Below are positions 39,835-44,811 of a stretch of DNA of 44,811 nt, piece by piece. The position numbers were made by a program, and so were the translations under genes. The stretch spans positions 1 to 44,811 of the IMG/VR virus record IMGVR_UViG_3300039180_001123. One strand, given 5' to 3'. Within the stretch, counting starts at the first letter, position 1, and every line of letters starts with the position of its first letter. A model generated the notes under the pieces. The model was not told where the DNA came from, ran no database searches, and saw only the letters and a list, made by a program, of their open reading frames with translations. The DNA comes from a virus (taxonomy: Duplodnaviria > Caudoviricetes).

Positions 39835-40500
39835 TTAATGTATTATTCCATCTATAACACCCAACTTTTGAGCGTCTTTTGCAGATAGATATAAATCTGT
39901 TTTTGTTTGTTCGGACCAGAACTGTTTATCTTTTGATGTTTTCTCGCCTAAAACTGTATTAGCCATATCTTCTAAGTGAGCGTTATACTTTTGTGCAGCT
40001 TTTACATCAGATGTTTTTCCCGCTTGCATTGATGAACCTTCATGAATCATTACCGTTGATCTTTTACTAGCTAAACGTTTACCCGTACCACTTGCAAGTA
40101 TCATTGCTGCAGCACTCATCGCTTTACCTCTACAGATAGTATTGACTTTAATATCACTATTTCGTTCTAAGCTCTCGATATAATCAATTATACCGAACAT
40201 CTCGTAAACATCTCCACCTGGTGAATCTATAATTACGTTTATAGGAGATGTGTCACCATCAGCTCTATTACGTAAAATAGCACGACATCGCACCATAAAA
40301 TCATATAATCCGAAATCCTCAATCTCACCTACTATATATACGATGCTATCCTCAACGTCTACTGCGAATTCAATTTCTTTATATAAATGCTTCTTCTCTA
40401 GATCCTCTTCATAATACTCATCATTAACTGAATCTTCTATAACTGAATCATCAGGTTCGTTTCCCTGTAGTAAATCGTGACCGTATATATTTTGCGACAT
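39835..40500 (-). CDS. clpP: ClpP-like serine protease subunit
   Basis: IDSPGGDV, GKAMSAAAMILASG (catalytic Ser), STVMIHEGS (His) and DLYLSAKDAQKLGVIDGI (Asp). Confidence 0.9.
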   Translation of the reverse strand: MSQNIYGHDLLQGNEPDDSVIEDSVNDEYYEEDLEKKHLYKEIEFAVDVEDSIVYIVGEIEDFGLYDFMVRCRAILRNRADGDTSPINVIIDSPGGDVYEMFGIIDYIESLERNSDIKVNTICRGKAMSAAAMILASGTGKRLASKRSTVMIHEGSSMQAGKTSDVKAAQKYNAHLEDMANTVLGEKTSKDKQFWSEQTKTDLYLSAKDAQKLGVIDGIIH

Positions 40501-40501
40501 G

Positions 40502-40711
40502 TTATCCCTTTAAAATTTGTTTAAGTTTATTACCTGGTGACTGTACATCTTCAAACGCTTCCTCGACACTACTACTATCATATCCTAGAGCGCATGCCAA
40601 CCTTTTACATACCCTCTTAAATTCAGATAGATTCATATCTTCATTAACCTCTAACTCAACCTTCTGAACTTCGTTAGACCTTGTTCCACGCGTATAAATT
40701 AGTTTATCCAT
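40502..40711 (-). CDS. Hypothetical protein (69 aa), apparently leaderless
   Basis: ATG lies 6 nt after the TATATT box. First gene of the apparent clpP-HD-sigma unit. Confidence 0.75.
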   Translation of the reverse strand: MDKLIYTRGTRSNEVQKVELEVNEDMNLSEFKRVCKRLACALGYDSSSVEEAFEDVQSPGNKLKQILKG

Positions 40712-40717
40712 ATATAC

Positions 40718-40747
40718 AATATACGAAAAATAAATTAAGAAACAAAC
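40718..40747 (-). promoter_or_regulatory. Putative early/middle promoter GTTTG-N19-TATATT
   Basis: Minus strand GTTTGTTTCTTAATTTATTTTTCGTATATT, a recurrent motif. Confidence 0.72.
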
Positions 40748-40758
40748 TTATCTGAATG

Positions 40759-41259
40759 TTAATTTATTTTTCTATTAATTTTTCTAATTTGGATTTCGAG
40801 AGATTTTATATCTTTCTTTAGGGTAGCTTTTTTAAGTTGTTTTTTTAACTTAAAAATCTCAGCCATAAACTCTCTATTTTGAGATTCCTTCTTCTTTTTA
40901 GTTATACGCTTTTTTTGCACTTTAGGCTTTATAACTGTAATCGGTAACGTACCTTTTAAATGTACCTGCTCCTTACCTTTACTATACACGGTACCATCTT
41001 TATCAACAAACTCTCCCATCCACTGCCAACCTTTAGGTCTACCTGTCGGTGTATATTTTGAAGTGAATACAGGTGGTTCAGTTGTTTTATTTACACACCT
41101 GTGACATAATGTAGCGGTTGTATCTTGACTCACCTTATTCCATCTACTACACAATACACCTTTCCAGTACCTACCTCCTTCAATGCTATTACTACACATC
41201 ATGAAGCGCTCATTATTATCAACGTAACTTTTATAAACTGGTATTAATCTCTTTGCCAT
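40759..41259 (-). CDS. Basic hypothetical protein (166 aa) with a Cys cluster and Lys-rich tail, possibly nucleic-acid binding
   Basis: C..C..CHRC cluster, GRPKGWQWMGEFVDKDG and a very Lys-rich C-terminus. Confidence 0.75.
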   Translation of the reverse strand: MAKRLIPVYKSYVDNNERFMMCSNSIEGGRYWKGVLCSRWNKVSQDTTATLCHRCVNKTTEPPVFTSKYTPTGRPKGWQWMGEFVDKDGTVYSKGKEQVHLKGTLPITVIKPKVQKKRITKKKKESQNREFMAEIFKLKKQLKKATLKKDIKSLEIQIRKINRKIN

Positions 41260-41266
41260 ATAATTA

Positions 41267-41296
41267 AATATACGAAAAATAAATTAATTAACCAAC
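41267..41296 (-). promoter_or_regulatory. Putative early/middle promoter GTTG-N20-TATATT
   Basis: Minus strand GTTGGTTAATTAATTTATTTTTCGTATATT, sharing TTAATTTATTTTTCGTATATT with the copy at 40718. Confidence 0.72.
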
Positions 41297-42523
41297 TTAT
41301 CCTCTATATGGATTAGGATTGTGTGGAGAGTTAGGTGTTTCTGGTAGCTTAGGTTTACGGACTCGCTTCGGAATAGCTTTCTTCTTACGACGTTTATCAT
41401 TAGCACTTAATGATTTATCTTCAGTAACATCACCGTGATATAACTCATGCTCTGTTGTATGTATATCTGTGTCAGCTACAGGAGCATCAACCTCTTGCTC
41501 TACTGGTATCGTAAACTCTTCAAATTCTTCTTCTTCAAACACTTCTATCATAGCATCAATACCGCGCTGTAACTGCTTACCTTCATGTACGTCCTCTAAG
41601 GTATCAACTACTAAATCCGCTTCCTCTAAATTAATTTGAACTTTACTTGATTTTCGATTTATCTTCGAAGATGGTTTATTAGATTTACCAAGATCTATAT
41701 TTGATACACCTAACGTATTTGAAGGTTTAGTTTGATCGAATGCCATATTAGCAGCTATTACTAATGCGATTGCAAGTGGATCAAATACAAATATAATTAA
41801 TAATAAAAACCAATTAACAACCTGACTCATATCACTACCTGTTGTCTCTGCGAGATACTTCAACGGACCTAACTCACTCTCTGCTTCATTTGAAATCTCC
41901 TTATCAAGTAGTGCTATATCTGTAGCGTTGATTGAATCCATTACAGCCTCTACCTTGATGTTAATAGTATTTCTATTAGTTGTCGCTATTACTAACTCGC
42001 TTTGCAAAGCTCTACGCGCTGAAGATGATGATGTTGTGATTAATGTTCCAGATTCTTTATCTATATATTGTACTTGAGCTGGATTAGATAATGCTATCCT
42101 TAAATCTGATATAGATTTAGTTAAACCTTGTTTCTCTATTTTAAGATCCTCCTTCTGTTCCTCAAACCTAACCTGCTTCTGATTAAGCATCATCAACGAT
42201 CTATCTAGTAATTCAGATTGATTTGCAGTTGACTGATAAGCTCCTGATAGAAATCCATATATACCACCGGATGTGATTAATATTAAAACAAAGCAAGCAA
42301 TTGATAAATACGCTCGTAAACCTTTATTAATTGTATCCCAGTATTGATATAAGAGAGATGCTACTACTAATTTAGCAAACTCTAATGAACTAGCCATAAT
42401 CATTACCTGTAAACTAGCTCCAGCAAACAACTTACTAAGACCGTATACAGAATAAAACGCAGCACTACCAGATACGGCAATTGCACTTAACGCGATCAAG
42501 AAAGGGAATAAACGCTTTTGCAC
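41297..42523 (-). CDS. Membrane protein (408 aa) with N-terminal TM helices, a coiled coil and a further TM helix (FVFDPLA motif)
   Basis: Three hydrophobic N-terminal segments, ITSGGIYGFLS, coiled coil, ELGPLKYLA and WFLLLIIFVFDPLAIALVIAA. GTG start just after the upstream stop. Confidence 0.8.
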   Translation of the reverse strand: MQKRLFPFLIALSAIAVSGSAAFYSVYGLSKLFAGASLQVMIMASSLEFAKLVVASLLYQYWDTINKGLRAYLSIACFVLILITSGGIYGFLSGAYQSTANQSELLDRSLMMLNQKQVRFEEQKEDLKIEKQGLTKSISDLRIALSNPAQVQYIDKESGTLITTSSSSARRALQSELVIATTNRNTINIKVEAVMDSINATDIALLDKEISNEAESELGPLKYLAETTGSDMSQVVNWFLLLIIFVFDPLAIALVIAANMAFDQTKPSNTLGVSNIDLGKSNKPSSKINRKSSKVQINLEEADLVVDTLEDVHEGKQLQRGIDAMIEVFEEEEFEEFTIPVEQEVDAPVADTDIHTTEHELYHGDVTEDKSLSANDKRRKKKAIPKRVRKPKLPETPNSPHNPNPYRG

Positions 42524-42524
42524 C

Positions 42525-42698
42525 TTACCCTTCTAAATCAGCGAAGTTTTCTATCTCAGCATTAATACGCTTTATCTTACCTACTAAATTCACTGCTTCT
42601 TCTTTACTCATAGCATTAGCTTGTAACCCCCTAACTAATGTTTCTAATAGATTAGCAATCGCTTCCGTTCTCGTTTGTACTTGTTCTTTATATTTCAT
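42525..42698 (-). CDS. Small helical hypothetical protein (57 aa; below the ORF-track cutoff)
   Basis: MKYKEQVQTRTEAIANLLETLVRGLQANAMSKEEAVNLVGKIKRINAEIENFADLEG*. SD AAGAGG and late motif upstream. Its stop is 1 nt from the next start. Confidence 0.8.
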   Translation of the reverse strand: MKYKEQVQTRTEAIANLLETLVRGLQANAMSKEEAVNLVGKIKRINAEIENFADLEG

Positions 42699-42712
42699 AG
42701 TATTCCTCTTAT

Positions 42713-42722
42713 TATAAATATC
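42713..42722 (-). promoter_or_regulatory. Putative late promoter motif GATATTTATA
   Basis: Recurrent motif, 14 nt upstream of the 57-aa gene. Confidence 0.55.
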
Positions 42723-42727
42723 TATTG

Positions 42728-42848
42728 TATTATATTTAATTACATATAGATTATATTATATTTAATTATTATTATATTTAATTATTATTATTATATTTAA
42801 TTATTATTATTATATTTAATTATTATTATTATATTTAATTATTATTAA
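42728..42848. repeat. Pure-AT tandem array with six copies of TATTATATTTAATTA (candidate replication origin)
   Basis: Copies start at 42728, 42754, 42770, 42789, 42808 and 42827 (spacings 26, 16, 19, 19, 19). No G or C occurs from 42750 to 42848. Confidence 0.9.
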
Positions 42849-42864
42849 CTAATATAAATTATAG

Positions 42865-42894
42865 AATATAATTAAAATTTCTCGTAAAAGCAAC
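42865..42894 (-). promoter_or_regulatory. Promoter variant GTTG-N20-TATATT pointing into the AT array, with no ORF behind it
   Basis: Minus strand GTTGCTTTTACGAGAAATTTTAATTATATT. Same geometry as the other four copies but lacking the TTCG. Confidence 0.45.
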
Positions 42895-42898
42895 TGTT

Positions 42899-43129
42899 TT
42901 ATAATATTTCTACAGATTTAATTTGCTCGCAGAATAAAAAGCGACCATCCTTATTAAATACTTTATCAATTTGCCTACAGTTATCACGTAACCATTCAGC
43001 CCATACTTTTACCATTTTATTTAGATCATCAGATTCAATTCCACATGACCTCGGTGACATTTGACCTTCAGATACATTCCTATGTATTATCCAATACTCA
43101 CCATCGTGTTGCCAGATTTGTTTATTCAT
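42899..43129 (-). CDS. Hypothetical protein (76 aa), apparently leaderless
   Basis: ATG lies 6 nt after the TATATT box. Confidence 0.75.
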   Translation of the reverse strand: MNKQIWQHDGEYWIIHRNVSEGQMSPRSCGIESDDLNKMVKVWAEWLRDNCRQIDKVFNKDGRFLFCEQIKSVEIL

Positions 43130-43135
43130 TTCTAT

Positions 43136-43165
43136 AATATACGAAAATTTTATTTAATATACAAC
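43136..43165 (-). promoter_or_regulatory. Putative early/middle promoter GTTG-N20-TATATT
   Basis: Minus strand GTTGTATATTAAATAAAATTTTCGTATATT. Confidence 0.72.
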
Positions 43166-43166
43166 T

Positions 43167-43727
43167 TTAGTAATGATTAATCGGTGATGTATTTATAGGG
43201 GGTACAAGCACTACACCGTTATACAGTTGATAAATTGGATCAACGCAGCAAGATCCGTTGTTCCAACCACCAGTTAAGCAATCACCAATTACGTTTATAG
43301 AGATAGACAGATCATCTGCTGTACAAGTCTGTCCCACTGTTACTCTAAATCTCATTGTGAAAGGTCCAGTAGAACCTGTACCCCAATTTGCTGTACCTGT
43401 ATTTTGAAATCTCCATCCGGGACCGAAGTTTAATCCACTTGGAAATGTATTTTGTAAATCCCACATCCAGAATCCCGTTGAACCTCCTGGATTACCTGGA
43501 GTAATTAAAGGTTGTAAGTTAGTCCACCCAGCTCCTAAGTTAATCTGAAATGCTATAATCCAGTTTAAATTTAATTGAGTGAATGTTCCTAACGTATAAT
43601 TAAACGCTACAACATCACCTGGTGAGTAAGGTCCTGGAGTTGAAACTGTAAATGATTGATTGGATATACACTGTGAGTTAGCAATCGAGCTAACTAACAA
43701 ACATAATATGAGTATTACTTTCTTCAT
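43167..43727 (-). CDS. Secreted beta-sandwich protein (186 aa) with Sec signal peptide and C-terminal PINTSPINHY
   Basis: Signal peptide MKKVILILCLLVSSIANS|Q. Gly/Trp/Cys-rich mature domain. Confidence 0.75.
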   Translation of the reverse strand: MKKVILILCLLVSSIANSQCISNQSFTVSTPGPYSPGDVVAFNYTLGTFTQLNLNWIIAFQINLGAGWTNLQPLITPGNPGGSTGFWMWDLQNTFPSGLNFGPGWRFQNTGTANWGTGSTGPFTMRFRVTVGQTCTADDLSISINVIGDCLTGGWNNGSCCVDPIYQLYNGVVLVPPINTSPINHY

Positions 43728-44254
43728 CTTACCAACATCACCGGTCGTATAAACCTATTATTATTAACAAACACATTTACTACGTATAATCCTATTGCGC
43801 AGTTACTACCATCCCACGGAATGTTACCATCCACCTCATATACTACATCTCCCCACCTATTATATATCGACATATGTTCAATATTCTCCGCTGATTTACC
43901 ACCTATATAATACACCTCATTACGCTCATCACCATTAGGTGTAAAACTAGTAGGAAAAAATAGGGTAGGGTATGCACATTCAGTTATAACTACTTGATAG
44001 TGAGATGTATCTCCTTCACACCCGAATCTCATTGTATGAACTGAAATGGTGTACTCTCCCGCACTATCTGGCCATTGTACTATAATTGTGTTATCCACTA
44101 CAGAAATTGCGTCTCCGTTAGATAACGACCAGAAATACGATTTATCCACATCATACTCAACTTGATAAGTTTGTGGAGCAATTAACATACAGTTATCGTA
44201 TACCTCTTGAGCTAGTATATTTAAAGGTAGTAATAGTATTACTAACCACTTCAT
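43724..44254 (-). CDS. Secreted PKD/Ig-like protein with a T9SS type-B (gliding motility-associated, CHU_C-like) C-terminal domain; start reassigned to MKWLVILL
   Basis: Signal peptide MKWLVILLLPLNILA|Q. C-terminal FFPTSFTPNGDERNEVY...SIYNRWGDVVYE...WDG...GLYV...VMLVR matches the type-B CTD pattern (FTPNGDGxND, IYNRWG, WDG, GxY, terminal R). Confidence 0.85.
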   Translation of the reverse strand: MKWLVILLLPLNILAQEVYDNCMLIAPQTYQVEYDVDKSYFWSLSNGDAISVVDNTIIVQWPDSAGEYTISVHTMRFGCEGDTSHYQVVITECAYPTLFFPTSFTPNGDERNEVYYIGGKSAENIEHMSIYNRWGDVVYEVDGNIPWDGSNCAIGLYVVNVFVNNNRFIRPVMLVR

Positions 44255-44255
44255 A

Positions 44256-44795
44256 TTAAAAGTGCTGGATTGGACCTGTGATTGGTCCATTGTTTACTGT
44301 AACGTTAATTGAGGTAGTGCATCCAGCCATATCATATGTTAATATGTAAGTTCCGATTCCAGCAGTAGCAGGATCAAAAGCATTTGCTGTAACCCCTGTA
44401 CCAGACCACGTACCACCAAATGGACTACCTACTAGTGCTGTTGTAGGATCTCCTGGACAAAAAGGTCCTATAGCATTTCCGGATAAATCTAGAACAAATA
44501 CATCTAACAATATAGGTGCGCCCGGACAACCAGCAGCATTTGACTCAATAACCTCAACTGCGTTTACCCATAGCCCCATAACACCTCCCCAATCAACTGT
44601 TATTGAGTTTGTAGTTTGCCCTGTCTGTAATGTTCCACCACCCGTAACGGTCCAACTATAAGTTGATGTAGGAGTATTTGTGACAAAATATTGCTCACTT
44701 ATTGCATTAGCACATACTGTATCTGGGTTGATTGTTGTTTGAGAAATTGCGGATAGTGATAATACCATACACAATATCATTAATAGATTCTTCAT
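44256..44795 (-). CDS. Secreted PKD/Ig-like protein (179 aa) with C-terminal PITGPIQHF
   Basis: Signal peptide MKNLLMILCMVLSLSAIS|Q. DTVC...YSWTVTGGG...NSITVDW and GGTWSGTGV...FDPATAGIGTYILTY are typical of Bacteroidota adhesin repeats. Confidence 0.8.
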   Translation of the reverse strand: MKNLLMILCMVLSLSAISQTTINPDTVCANAISEQYFVTNTPTSTYSWTVTGGGTLQTGQTTNSITVDWGGVMGLWVNAVEVIESNAAGCPGAPILLDVFVLDLSGNAIGPFCPGDPTTALVGSPFGGTWSGTGVTANAFDPATAGIGTYILTYDMAGCTTSINVTVNNGPITGPIQHF

Positions 44796-44811
44796 AGCCT
44801 CTCTCTTTATT

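Noticed and set aside
81-42717. All plus-strand ORFs in the track (e.g. 81-413, 5773-6216, 6483-7016, 22392-22823, 30199-30696, 42481-42717)
   Set aside because: They lie antisense to long minus-strand genes, have the Val/Pro/Leu/Ser-rich composition typical of shadow frames, and show no recognisable motifs.
42728-42848. Possible CRISPR array
   Set aside because: Units are 15-19 nt of pure AT with no unique spacers, and there are no cas genes in the window.
1-44811. Stop-codon reassignment, as seen in some large Bacteroidota phages
   Set aside because: Genes are full length under code 11. TAG (24890, 34471) and TGA (18968, 39013) serve as real stops directly before the next gene.

Overview
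AT-rich, gene-dense fragment of a large tailed dsDNA phage with a contractile-tail (T4-like) baseplate. Every credible gene is on the minus strand, and the plus-strand ORFs are antisense shadows. In transcription order (right to left) it holds: (i) three signal-peptide proteins of Bacteroidota type, one with a T9SS type-B C-terminal sorting domain; (ii) a promoter firing into a pure-AT tandem repeat array (candidate origin); (iii) apparently leaderless early/middle genes, followed by a ClpP-like protease, an HD hydrolase and a gp55-like late sigma factor; (iv) a baseplate module (spike/hub, gp25-like, gp6-like wedge, large wedge and LamG proteins); (v) a recombination island (T7 endonuclease I-like resolvase, primase, single-chain Mre11-Rad50 fusion); and (vi) a cluster of long mosaic tail-fibre-like genes running off the left edge. 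Two promoter classes are visible: TTG-N19/20-TATATT just before leaderless genes, and ATATTTAT(A/T) before structural genes. A compact structured element sits in the leader of one fibre gene. A Bacteroidota host is inferred from the T9SS domain and Q-rule signal peptides. All family calls come from motif recognition by eye, not database searches.
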